64,000 nt of DNA from the NCBI GenBank assembly GCA_022729705.1, contig DZAX01000005.1, forward strand, positions 11,704 through 75,703, written 5' to 3'. Shown in pieces: positions 25,423 through 35,684 of the stretch. The notes beneath the pieces were generated by a model. The model did no database searches and was not told the origin of the DNA. It saw only the letters and a list, made by a program, of their open reading frames with translations. Origin of the DNA: Helicobacter cetorum (GTDB taxonomy: Bacteria > Campylobacterota > Campylobacteria > Campylobacterales > UBA6016). A program made the translations under genes and the position numbers. Numbering within the stretch: position 1 is the first letter of the stretch; each line of letters starts with the position of its first letter.

Positions 25423-25648
25423 CTAGTTCGCAAAATTCGATGTCTTGATGAGCTTTGAGCTTGTGCAGTTTTTCTAACTTCTCTTTTTTTTCTATCGCAT
25501 CAATAGCGGGCTTTATCAGCGCTTCGTATTTTGAAGATATGAAATATCCCAAACTTTTATTTGCCCGTTTGTCTACTATCTCGCCGATTGCGGTATCCTT
25601 GAGCAAGGATGGTTTATTTTGGATTGCTGTTACGCCAAGCGTTGTCAT
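25403..25648 (-). CDS. antitoxin, Phd/YefM-like (81 aa)
   Basis: Small ORF overlapping the toxin start. The N-terminus (VTAIQNKPSLLKD....EIVDKRANKSLGYFIS.KYEALI) resembles Phd/YefM. Confidence 0.6.
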   Translation of the reverse strand: MTTLGVTAIQNKPSLLKDTAIGEIVDKRANKSLGYFISSKYEALIKPAIDAIEKKEKLEKLHKLKAHQDIEFCELGVDDGL

Positions 25649-25755
25649 TTTTTATTCCCCATAGAGCATTCTATGATGATTATATCACCATTTATGAAAT
25701 TAAATAGCTATATGTCCAGTTTCACCATACTATAGTCGCTATTTCACTTACAAAA

Positions 25756-25941
25756 GTGCTAGGTCACGCCCTCTCTCGCCCGACGATATTCCCAGTTCCA
25801 GAATTTGCACTTCGACTACTCTACTCAGAAGGCGCAAAAGTATTAACAAGCTGGCAAAAGGTCTACCCAAAAAAGCTTTTGGAAGCTGGGTTTGCTTTTG
25901 AGTACAGCAAAATTGAAGAAGCCATTAAAGACGCTATTTAA
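25756..25941 (+). pseudogene. 3' relic of a TIGR01777/YfcH-type epimerase gene (DUF1731 C-terminal end only)
   Basis: LGHALSRPTIFPVPEFALRLLYSEGAKVLTSWQKVYPKKLLEAGFAFEY..IEEAIKD corresponds to the last ~60 residues of about 300-aa YfcH-like proteins. No upstream coding sequence remains. Confidence 0.7.
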
Positions 25942-25970
25942 CTACTTTAGTCAAACAGGCTCAAAACTCC

Positions 25971-25999
25971 TTGACATAATAGATAAAAGTTTGTATAAT
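25971..25999 (+). promoter_or_regulatory. sigma70-type promoter of groESL (TTGACA-17 nt-TATAAT)
   Basis: ttgaca at 25971-25976 and tataat at 25994-25999, preceded by TG. Lies immediately upstream of the CIRCE element. Confidence 0.7.
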
Positions 26000-26000
26000 T

Positions 26001-26027
26001 TTAGCGCTCATGTTTTTAGAGCGCTAA
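26001..26027 (+). promoter_or_regulatory. CIRCE operator (HrcA binding site)
   Basis: TTAGCGCTC-N9-GAGCGCTAA is a perfect inverted repeat matching the CIRCE consensus TTAGCACTC-N9-GAGTGCTAA. It lies about 30 nt upstream of groES. Confidence 0.9.
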
Positions 26028-26057
26028 AAACTAACGAAATTTAATAAAGGAGCTACC

Positions 26058-26324
26058 ATGAACTTCAAGCCACTAGGTAAGAGAATTCTTGTAGAGAGAA
26101 CAGAAGAGGTCACAAAAACGGCAAGCGGTATCATAATCCCAGACAGCGCAAAAGAGAAACCACAAATGGGTACAGTCGTAGCGATGGCTAAAAAAGTGGA
26201 AGAGAGAGGCGAAATCAAAGCCGGCAATACCGTACTTTTTGGCAAATATGCGGGTACAGAAATCACGGTTGACGGCAAAGAGTACCTTGTAATGAGCATT
26301 GACGACATCCTAGGCGTAATGTAA
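26058..26324 (+). CDS. groES: co-chaperonin GroES (88 aa)
   Basis: [14 protein letters not shown]...[16 protein letters not shown] is the canonical Cpn10 sequence. Confidence 0.97.
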   Translation: MNFKPLGKRILVERTEEVTKTASGIIIPDSAKEKPQMGTVVAMAKKVEERGEIKAGNTVLFGKYAGTEITVDGKEYLVMSIDDILGVM

Positions 26325-26348
26325 TTTAGACCTCTGCTCCGACAAGGA

Positions 26349-26407
26349 GCTAGCTTTAGCGGCACAGCACCCAGCGTAGCCGAAGCGGACTAGTTCGTTT
26401 TGGCGTA
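26349..26407. repeat. mosaic repeat module inside the groES-groEL spacer
   Basis: gctagctttagcggcacagcacccagcgtagccgaagcggactagttcgttttggcgta compared with gctagctttagcggctcagtgccagcgtagccaagacgggctttgctcgtcttggcgta at 49636-49692. Confidence 0.75.
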
Positions 26408-26431
26408 TAAATTAAAATATACAGGAGATAA

Positions 26432-28069
<1,638 letters not shown>

Positions 28070-28091
28070 TATCTCGCATTTCTTCTCTCTT

Positions 28092-28114
28092 CCGAAAGGT
28101 GCCTTGCCTTTCGG
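28092..28114 (+). terminator. possible groEL terminator hairpin
   Basis: ccgaaagg-tgccttg-cctttcgg has an 8-bp stem and sits 23 nt after the groEL stop. The T-run is weak and displaced, so confidence is low. Confidence 0.35.
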
Positions 28115-28262
28115 GGCTTCACCTCTTTTGACAATAGACCTCTCCTAAAACCTATTCGTTTTTAGTGGCGTTTGCATCGTTACGATATATGCTACTGCTT
28201 TAAAAAGAATAGTACAATGTGGTGAAACTTGACAAGAATAGATTTAGAAATAGTAGATTTGA

Positions 28263-28338
28263 TGGTGGCCACGATTGGACTCGAACCAACGACCACTACC
28301 ATGTCAAGGTAGTGCTCTACCAACTGAGCTACGCGACC
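28263..28338 (-). tRNA. tRNA-Val (anticodon GAC), 76 nt including CCA
   Basis: The reverse complement GGTCGCGTAGCTCAGTTGGTAGAGCACTACCTTGACATGGTAGTGGTCGTTGGTTCGAGTCCAATCGTGGCCACCA folds as a cloverleaf. The acceptor 1-7/66-72 pairs with two G-U pairs, and the anticodon loop is TTGACAT. Confidence 0.9.
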
Positions 28339-28474
28339 ATCAAATGCAGGGCAAGATTGTACAAGAAAATATATTATTTTTCCTTTAAACGCCCCTCAAT
28401 AGTCCGCCTGTTTTAACCGTCAAAATTATATAATCCGAAAAAATATATAGAGGTCTAATAAAGAGGGGGATATA

Positions 28475-29605
28475 TTGAGCTACGATTTGAGTGCGGTTGA
28501 ACTGCTAAAAAAACTTATAAATTTTGTCTCTCTTACGCCTGATGAGGCCGGAAGTTTTGAATTTATCAAATCTTATTTAAGCGATTTTGAGACGATTGAG
28601 ACCGAAAAAGAGGGCGTAAAAAATCTCTTTTTGTACAAAAAATTTGGCGATGGGAAACATATATGCTTTGCGGGACACGTAGACGTGGTTCCGGCTGGTG
28701 GCGGCTGGAGCAGCGACCCATTTGCGGCGACCGAAAAAGACGGGGTAATTTACGGCAGAGGAGCCGCCGATATGAAAGGCGGGGTAGCCGCGTTTTTGTA
28801 TGCGATGAGACATGCAAAAGAGTTTGACGGAACGCTTTCGGCTCTGCTTACAAGCGATGAGGAGGGGGATGCGATATATGGAACCGACCTTATGTTGGGC
28901 GAGTTAAAAGAGTGCGGCATACTGCCTGATTTTTGCCTCGTAGCGGAACCGACAAGCGAAAAAGAGTTTGGAGATGCTATCAAAGTTGGGCGTAGAGGCT
29001 CAATCAACGGGCGACTCAAAATCATCGGCAGAGGCGGACACGCCGCATATCCTGAAAAGAGCGACAGCCCGATAGTCGCTCTTTCAAGACTATTGCCTAT
29101 GATTGCGGACGCTCTTTTGGATGATGGAGATAAGTATTTTGCGCCAAGCAGACTAGTAATCACCGACATAAAAGGCGGCTATGGCAAACACAACGTCATA
29201 CCTAGCGAACTAGAGTTGTTGTTTAACATAAGAAACGGCGTATCAACGAGCGTGGAGAGCGCGAGAAGCTTTATAGAGTCGGCACTTAATGAGTCAAATA
29301 TCCATGAGTTTGAACTCCAAATGGCGCAAAGCTCAAACTCTTTTGTATTGCAAACAGACGAGAAGTCAAAAAAGTATTTCGACGCCCTCTCCTCTTGCGT
29401 CATAGACGTTTGCGGCGTAATGCCAAAAGCCTCCACGGCGGGCGGCACAAGCGATGCTAGATTTATCGCCAAATATGAAGTAACAGTATTGGAGTTTGGC
29501 GTAAAAAACGAAACAATCCACGCTCCAAACGAGTGCGTAGCCATAGATGAGATAGAAAAATTAACAAAAATTTTTGAAAAATTCATAGAGGCGGCAAAGG
29601 GCTAA
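28475..29605 (+). CDS. dapE: succinyl-diaminopimelate desuccinylase, M20 peptidase family (376 aa, TTG start)
   Basis: AVELLKKLINF.S.TPDEAG and GHVDVVPAG, LTSDEEG metal-ligand blocks. The length is typical of DapE. Confidence 0.8.
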   Translation: MSYDLSAVELLKKLINFVSLTPDEAGSFEFIKSYLSDFETIETEKEGVKNLFLYKKFGDGKHICFAGHVDVVPAGGGWSSDPFAATEKDGVIYGRGAADMKGGVAAFLYAMRHAKEFDGTLSALLTSDEEGDAIYGTDLMLGELKECGILPDFCLVAEPTSEKEFGDAIKVGRRGSINGRLKIIGRGGHAAYPEKSDSPIVALSRLLPMIADALLDDGDKYFAPSRLVITDIKGGYGKHNVIPSELELLFNIRNGVSTSVESARSFIESALNESNIHEFELQMAQSSNSFVLQTDEKSKKYFDALSSCVIDVCGVMPKASTAGGTSDARFIAKYEVTVLEFGVKNETIHAPNECVAIDEIEKLTKIFEKFIEAAKG

Positions 29606-29632
29606 TATTTTTTTGCTATAATTTCGCCCGCT

Positions 29633-29709
29633 GTCCCGGTAGCTCAGATGGATAGAGCGCAGAATTCCTAATTCTGAGGCCATTGGTTCGAATCCACTCC
29701 GGGGCACCA
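29633..29709 (+). tRNA. tRNA-Arg (anticodon CCU), 77 nt including CCA
   Basis: GTCCCGGTAGCTCAGATGGATAGAGCGCAGAATTCCTAATTCTGAGGCCATTGGTTCGAATCCACTCCGGGGCACCA. Anticodon loop TTCCTAA. The acceptor stem pairs 7/7 with one G-U. Confidence 0.9.
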
Positions 29710-29863
29710 CTGATAAAATCCACGAAGTACCAAAAAGACCCAAAACCCCTTTAAATATATATCTTCAAAGCTTTTTTTATAATTCATAACGTTTCATAGT
29801 ATTTCATAAAATATTATTTTTTTTGGTACACTTTAAGGTACATTATCGAGCAAGTACCAAAAA

Positions 29864-29932
29864 ATGCCGAAAATAATCAAGCCGCTATCGGATACACAGA
29901 TTAAAAATGCAAAGACTGTAGTGAGACCTTAG
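29864..29932 (+). pseudogene. 22-codon stub of a tyrosine-recombinase (P4-type integrase) N-terminus
   Basis: MPKIIKPLSDTQIKNAKTVVRP* lies 155 nt downstream of tRNA-Arg. The L(S/T)DTQIKNAK motif is the usual integrase DUF4102-type N-terminus. It is flanked by agtaccaaaaa repeats. Confidence 0.55.
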
Positions 29933-29992
29933 CGAATAAATAGAGGGTTTTGCAAGAAGTCTGCTCCTTAAAAAACTAAATGGATAAATAAA

Positions 29993-30841
29993 ATGCAAAA
30001 AAAAGTAGAAACAGCAAAAACCCTCTTAAATGCGCTTCCATACATCAAAGAGTTTAACGGACAAGCGATAGTCATCAAATACGGCGGTGCGGCGCAAATA
30101 TCAGATGAATTAAAAACCTCGTTTGCAAGAGATATTTTACTACTCACGCTTGTTGGAATTAAGCCTATAGTCGTGCATGGCGGAGGCAAAGAGATAAATA
30201 AACTCCTTGAAAAACTAGACATCAAACCAAACTTTATTGACGGCGTACGAGTAACGGATGAAGCCACAATGGAGGTAGTAGAGATGGTGCTTTGCGGAGC
30301 CATCAACAATGAGATAGTCTCTTTGCTTTGCGGTCACGGAGCAAAAGCGATAGGACTAAACGGCAAAAGTTCATCATTTTTTAAGGCAAAGCCTCTAAGC
30401 GGCGAGATGGGTCTAACCGGAGAGGTGACGGAAGTTGACGCAAGTATAGTAGAGAGGCTGTTGGATGAAAAATTTGTACCCGTAATAGCCTCTGTAGCCG
30501 AAGGCGATGCGCTAGGACACCCCGGATATAACATAAACGCCGATACATTGGCAAGTGCCATAGCAGTAGCGGTAAAAGCAAAAAAAGTAATTTTTATGAC
30601 CGATACAGCCGGAGTGCTAAACAAAGAGAGACATCTGCTAGCAAGCCTCGACAAGGTGCTGATAGACGCTTTTATAGAAGACGGCACAATAGCGGGCGGC
30701 ATGATACCAAAAGTTGAGGCGTGTTTAAAGGCTGTTGACGGAGGCGTAGAAAAAGCACATATTATAGACGGCAGGATAATGCACTCTATTTTATTAGAAC
30801 TATTCACCGTAGACGGCATAGGAACTGAAATATCACTTTGA
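29993..30841 (+). CDS. argB: acetylglutamate kinase (282 aa)
   Basis: VIKYGGAA, VVHGGG and amino-acid-kinase fold motifs. Confidence 0.93.
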   Translation: MQKKVETAKTLLNALPYIKEFNGQAIVIKYGGAAQISDELKTSFARDILLLTLVGIKPIVVHGGGKEINKLLEKLDIKPNFIDGVRVTDEATMEVVEMVLCGAINNEIVSLLCGHGAKAIGLNGKSSSFFKAKPLSGEMGLTGEVTEVDASIVERLLDEKFVPVIASVAEGDALGHPGYNINADTLASAIAVAVKAKKVIFMTDTAGVLNKERHLLASLDKVLIDAFIEDGTIAGGMIPKVEACLKAVDGGVEKAHIIDGRIMHSILLELFTVDGIGTEISL

Positions 30842-30846
30842 TGGTA

Positions 30847-30937
30847 TGCGCCAACACCGGCAAAGCCGGTGTTGGCGGCAGGGACATAAATGTCCCTTGC
30901 AACCCCCTGAAGCTACCCACTACGTGGGAGAGTGGGT
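30847..30937 (+). repeat. mosaic hairpin repeat (full unit: H1-H2-linker-H3)
   Basis: atgcgccaacaccggcaaagccggtgttggcggcagggacataaatgtcccttgcaaccccctgaagctacccactacgtgggagag. Confidence 0.9.
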
Positions 30938-31022
30938 AGTATGTGTCGGCTCAGTTAACGGAGTTTAGGATATAATCGTCACATTTTTTTAAAAACATAC
31001 AGACTTAAGAGAGTACAAAGAA

Positions 31023-33566
31023 ATGGATATTAGAAAATCGTTTTTAGATTACTTTGCCGCACGCAACCACCGCATTGTTGAAAGCTCGTATTTGGTTCCA
31101 GACGACGCTACGCTACTCTTTACAAACGCCGGTATGGTACAGTTTAAGAGCGTATTTACAGGCGAAACACCCGTGCCAAACTCGCCTCGCGCAACAAGCT
31201 CGCAGACGTGTATCAGGGCGGGCGGAAAGCATAATGACCTTGAAAATGTTGGTTTTACGGCTAGACACCACACTTTTTTTGAGATGCTCGGCAACTTCAG
31301 CTTTGGCGACTATTTCAAAGAGGACGCTATTAAATATGCGTGGGAGTTTATCGCAGAGGTTATGAGCTTGCCAAAAGAAAAACTATGGATAACAATACAC
31401 GACTCCGACGATGAAGCGGGCGCAATATGGGAGAAGTATGTTCCAAAAGAGCGTATCGTAAAGATGGGCGACAAAGACAACTTCTGGCAGATGGGCGATA
31501 CGGGACCTTGCGGGCCTTGCTCTGAGATACACTTTGACCAAGGCGCGGAAAACTTTGGCTCTGATGAGGACTATCTAGGCGGAGATGGCGATAGATTTTT
31601 GGAGATTTGGAATCTTGTGTTTATGCAGTACCAGAGATTTGAAGACGGCTCAATGGTCGCATTGCCAAAACCATCAATCGACACAGGCATGGGGCTTGAA
31701 CGTATCACAGCGATAAAAGAGGGCAAGACCTCAAACTACGACTGCTCTCTTTTTATGCCGCTTATAGACGCAATAGAGGCAAAAGTAGGCAAAAAATATG
31801 AGTACGCAAGCGGAGCTAGCTACAGGGTCATCGCCGACCACCTAAGGGCTGTTAGCTTTCTTGTAGCGCAAGGCGTGACGTTTGACAAAGAGGGGCGCGG
31901 CTATGTGCTTAGAAGAATCCTTAGAAGAGCGGTAAGACACGGGTATAAGCTAGGGTTTAAAGCTCCGTTTCTATACTCTTTTTATGACACTCTAGCCTCT
32001 TTAATGAGCGAGGGATACCCATATCTAGCCGAAAAAGCCGAATACGCCAAAGAGAGTATAAAAGCTGAAGAGGAGAGGTTTTTTGCTACGCTATTTTCAG
32101 GAATGGAACTTTTTGAAAAAGAGATGGCGTTGAATCCGGAAATCTTTAGCGGCGAAACGGCGTTTAAACTCTACGACACATTTGGTTTTCCCCTCGACCT
32201 TACAGAGGATATGCTAAAAGAGAGAGGCGTGGCGCTAGATACCGACGGCTTTGACGCAAAGATGAAAGAGCAAAGAGAGAGAGCAAAAGCGGCTTGGAAA
32301 GGTAGCGGAGACACGGCAAACGAGGGTGATTTTAAAGAGCTTTTGGAAAAATTTGGCAAAAACGAGTTTGTCGGGTATGACTCATTTGAGAGTGAAGCGC
32401 TCGTTTTGGCGCTGCTTGACAATGAGTTTAAACTTGTAGACTCCCTTGAGGGCGGCGGGTGGATTATGCTTGACAAAACCCCTTTTTACGCCGCAAGCGG
32501 AGGACAGGCTGGAGATACGGGCTCTATTGAGGGCGTGGCTGAAGTGTTGGACACTAGAAAGTTCTTTGATCTTAACCTCTCAAAAGTTCAGGTAAGCTCT
32601 AAAATCTCAGTCAACGACAAAGTAAAAGCCGTAGTCTCAGACGCCAGAAGAGAAACCGCAAAGCACCACTCCGCAACGCATCTACTTCACGCCGTCTTAA
32701 GAGAGACGCTTGGAAATACGGTGACGCAAGCCGGAAGCGACGTTGACGATAAAAGGCTAAGATTTGACTTTACGGCTCCAAAGGCGATGAGTGACGAGCA
32801 AGTGGCGTTTGTAGAGAGCAGAGTAAACGCTCTTATAGCGCAAAATATCGGCGGTGAAACCAAAGTAATGGATATAGAAGAGGCAAAAAACAGCGGGGCT
32901 ATGGCTCTTTTTGGCGAAAAATACGGTGATAAAGTGCGTGTAGTCAGTTTTGGCGACGCTTCCGTGGAGCTTTGCGGCGGATGCCATACATCAAGTTCTG
33001 GTGAAATAGGAAGCTTTTATATCCTAAAAGAGAGCGGCGTATCGGCGGGAGTCAGACGTATCGAAGCGGTTGCGGGACTAGCCGCCGTTGAGTATGCAAA
33101 AAACTTTAGAGCGCAACTATCAGAGGTTGAAGCGGAGCTTAAAAACAAAGACGTTAAAGCCGGAATCAACAGGCTAAAGCAAGAGATAAAAGAGCTAAAG
33201 GAAAAACTATCAAAAGCGCAAAGCGGCACCAATAAAGAGCTTGAAACGCTAGAGATAAACGGCGTAAACGTTGTTTGCGACTTTATAGACGGCATAGACG
33301 CAAAGATGATGGTAGACGAATACAAAAACAAATTTGCAAAAGCCGCCATCATGCTTTTTGAAGCCTCAGAGGATAAAATATCAGCCGTTTGCGGCGTAAA
33401 AGGTGCGGACATAAACGCCGGAGAATGGCTCAAAGCGACTCTTGCGGCGGCGGATGGAAAAGGCGGCGGAAGAGCGGACTTTGCAAGCGGAAGTGCAAAA
33501 GATATATCAAAAAAAGACGCCCTAAAAGAAGCGGCTCTGGAATTTGTAAAGGCTAGGCTAAAATGA
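31023..33566 (+). CDS. alaS: alanine--tRNA ligase (847 aa)
   Basis: [28 protein letters not shown], editing-domain HSATHLLH...CGGCH and a C-terminal DHHA1-like region. Confidence 0.97.
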   Translation: MDIRKSFLDYFAARNHRIVESSYLVPDDATLLFTNAGMVQFKSVFTGETPVPNSPRATSSQTCIRAGGKHNDLENVGFTARHHTFFEMLGNFSFGDYFKEDAIKYAWEFIAEVMSLPKEKLWITIHDSDDEAGAIWEKYVPKERIVKMGDKDNFWQMGDTGPCGPCSEIHFDQGAENFGSDEDYLGGDGDRFLEIWNLVFMQYQRFEDGSMVALPKPSIDTGMGLERITAIKEGKTSNYDCSLFMPLIDAIEAKVGKKYEYASGASYRVIADHLRAVSFLVAQGVTFDKEGRGYVLRRILRRAVRHGYKLGFKAPFLYSFYDTLASLMSEGYPYLAEKAEYAKESIKAEEERFFATLFSGMELFEKEMALNPEIFSGETAFKLYDTFGFPLDLTEDMLKERGVALDTDGFDAKMKEQRERAKAAWKGSGDTANEGDFKELLEKFGKNEFVGYDSFESEALVLALLDNEFKLVDSLEGGGWIMLDKTPFYAASGGQAGDTGSIEGVAEVLDTRKFFDLNLSKVQVSSKISVNDKVKAVVSDARRETAKHHSATHLLHAVLRETLGNTVTQAGSDVDDKRLRFDFTAPKAMSDEQVAFVESRVNALIAQNIGGETKVMDIEEAKNSGAMALFGEKYGDKVRVVSFGDASVELCGGCHTSSSGEIGSFYILKESGVSAGVRRIEAVAGLAAVEYAKNFRAQLSEVEAELKNKDVKAGINRLKQEIKELKEKLSKAQSGTNKELETLEINGVNVVCDFIDGIDAKMMVDEYKNKFAKAAIMLFEASEDKISAVCGVKGADINAGEWLKATLAAADGKGGGRADFASGSAKDISKKDALKEAALEFVKARLK

Positions 33567-34045
33567 GCAATTTTTTTGCAGAGCACGCAAGGCTGATAGT
33601 TTTTATCCATGTACTCTCCGTAGTCGTTTGGGTCGGCGGAATGATAGCTATTCGTTTTGCGCTCCACCCATCGCTTACAGTTATAGACGATACGTCAAAA
33701 AAGCAAGAGCTGATGATTGGTGTATTAAATAGATTTTTTCTTATGGTCTCCACCGCCATTGTTTTCGCTGGTTTAACCGGAATCACCATGATGGTTGGCA
33801 TAGGCTTCAAAGGCGTTCCGGATTTATACGTCGCCGTTCACATCAAAACACAAATATGGATAGTGATGGCTATTGTCTACGGAGTTATCTATTATAGATT
33901 TGTAAAAGCCAAAAAAATTTTTGAGGCCGGCAATAACGAAATGACCGCAAAATACTTAGCCCCGCTGGCTAAAGTATTAATACCTATCAATATCTTTTTG
34001 GGAGTCGTTGCGATAATGCTAGGCGTAGTACTGCGAGGCTACTAG
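33563..34045 (+). CDS. integral membrane protein, about 4 TM, function not recognised (160 aa)
   Basis: Hydrophobic helices with conserved-looking His/Trp in TM1 ([14 protein letters not shown]). ATGA overlap with the alaS stop. Confidence 0.55.
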   Translation: MSNFFAEHARLIVFIHVLSVVVWVGGMIAIRFALHPSLTVIDDTSKKQELMIGVLNRFFLMVSTAIVFAGLTGITMMVGIGFKGVPDLYVAVHIKTQIWIVMAIVYGVIYYRFVKAKKIFEAGNNEMTAKYLAPLAKVLIPINIFLGVVAIMLGVVLRGY

Positions 34046-34590
34046 TGTTATATCTAATCTCCTCCTCCGCCACAAGGGCAAAAATACTCCAAGAGTTTGG
34101 AGCTCTGTTTTTACAAAAAACGTGCGATTATGACGAAGAGAGCATAGTCGCAACCTCTCCGGCAGAGTTTGTCTACAAAGCCGCAATGGGTAAATTTGAG
34201 TGGGCAAAAAGAGAGTATGGACTAAATACGCCGCTACTCTGCGCCGACACAGTCGTAACAGCAGGCGACGAAATCCTCAGAAAACCAAAAAATCGAGACG
34301 ACGCAAAGCGGATACTAACAAAACAAAGCGCCAGCAGCGTCGCTATTCTCACATGCACCGCCTACGCCTCTAATCGTCTAAGCTTTGTAGACCTCTCTAT
34401 TACCGAGTATTTTTTTGCGGAATTTGATGAAATAGAGTTGGAAAAATACTTAGAGTCGAGAGAATGGGAGGGCAAAGCGGGCGGTTGCATGGTTGAGGGG
34501 TTTTGCAAAAAATATATTACCGCTCAAAAAGGGCTTGAGAGTTGTGCAATGGGGCTTACGATAGAGAAGTTAGCTCCTTTTTTAGACTAG
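34045..34590 (+). CDS. maf: Maf-like nucleoside-triphosphate pyrophosphatase (181 aa, GTG start)
   Basis: LISSSATRAKIL....., CADTVV....ILRKP....A..IL, GKAG.Y... pattern of the Maf family. Confidence 0.7.
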   Translation: MLYLISSSATRAKILQEFGALFLQKTCDYDEESIVATSPAEFVYKAAMGKFEWAKREYGLNTPLLCADTVVTAGDEILRKPKNRDDAKRILTKQSASSVAILTCTAYASNRLSFVDLSITEYFFAEFDEIELEKYLESREWEGKAGGCMVEGFCKKYITAQKGLESCAMGLTIEKLAPFLD

Positions 34591-34598
34591 CCCGCTAA

Positions 34599-35684
34599 AT
34601 GAATGAATTTGAAAAATCGCTTTTTGCATTAGAGAAAAAAGGCAGATTAAGAAGTAAAAAGCTTTTGCCAACAAACGCCGTTGATTTTGCCTCAAACGAC
34701 TATTTAGGATTCAAAAAAGATACTAAAAGCTTTGAAAAAGCGGTAAAGTCCGCACAAAAACACGGCGTATTCGCACCATCCGCCTCGCAACTCGTATACG
34801 GCTACCAAGAACCTCATAGAAGATTAGAAAACACCCTCAAAAAACTTCACGCCTTTGAAGACGCCCTCATTGTAGGAAGCGGCTTTTTGGCAAACAGCGC
34901 ATTAGTATCCGCCCTCCCCTCTCATCACGACCTTATTTTGATGGACGAGGAGTATCACGCTAGCGGAATAGCCGCCCTAGCTCTCTCAAAAGCCCCGCAT
35001 CAACTCTTTTTGCACAACAACCCGCAAGATTTAGAAGCGAGATTAAAAAAAAGCGACGCCAAACGTGTATTTATTTTTGCGGAGTCGGTCTATTCGATGA
35101 TAGGCGATATACTCTCCCAAAAAATTATAGAGCTCGCCGATAAGTACGACGCATATCTTGTCATCGACGAAGCGCACGCTTATGGAGTAATCGGCAAAAA
35201 CCTTGGCGGCATATATGATTATTACGGCTTATCGCCAAAACCAAAGCACATAAAAATGGGTACGCTATCAAAGGCGATAGGTGGTTATGGCTCTTATATA
35301 TTAGCCCAAAAAGAGGTTATTTTATTTTTGGTTAACCGCGCAAAACAGATTATATACTCAACCGCCCTCTCGCCGATAGATGCGCTTATCGCAAATGAGA
35401 GAATCAAAAAAATATCAAAAAACTCTTTTTCGTTGCGCAAAAAAATAGATAGACGACTGCTAGCTTGCGAAGAGATTTTGGAAAAAAAGATAGAGACGCC
35501 AATTATTATGTTAGAGTCAAAAAACGCAGAGAATATACACAAAAAACTAGCAAAAATGAATATAATTACCGGATTTATAAGACCGCCAACCACGCCCAAA
35601 GCGTCCATAAGGGTTATTGCGAGACTTGGCGAAAAAGAGGAGAATCTTATTAAAACGCTAAAAATTATAAAGAGTTTAGCTTGA
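34599..35684 (+). CDS. bioF: BioF-family PLP-dependent acyltransferase (8-amino-7-oxononanoate synthase-like, 361 aa)
   Basis: SNDYLGF, IDEAHAYGV and TLSKAIGGYG (PLP-Lys) blocks. Confidence 0.6.
   Translation: MNEFEKSLFALEKKGRLRSKKLLPTNAVDFASNDYLGFKKDTKSFEKAVKSAQKHGVFAPSASQLVYGYQEPHRRLENTLKKLHAFEDALIVGSGFLANSALVSALPSHHDLILMDEEYHASGIAALALSKAPHQLFLHNNPQDLEARLKKSDAKRVFIFAESVYSMIGDILSQKIIELADKYDAYLVIDEAHAYGVIGKNLGGIYDYYGLSPKPKHIKMGTLSKAIGGYGSYILAQKEVILFLVNRAKQIIYSTALSPIDALIANERIKKISKNSFSLRKKIDRRLLACEEILEKKIETPIIMLESKNAENIHKKLAKMNIITGFIRPPTTPKASIRVIARLGEKEENLIKTLKIIKSLA

Noticed and set aside
28219-28416. A 65-aa ORF (MVKLDKNRF...).
   Set aside because: It overlaps tRNA-Val on the opposite strand for most of its length and has no coding signature.
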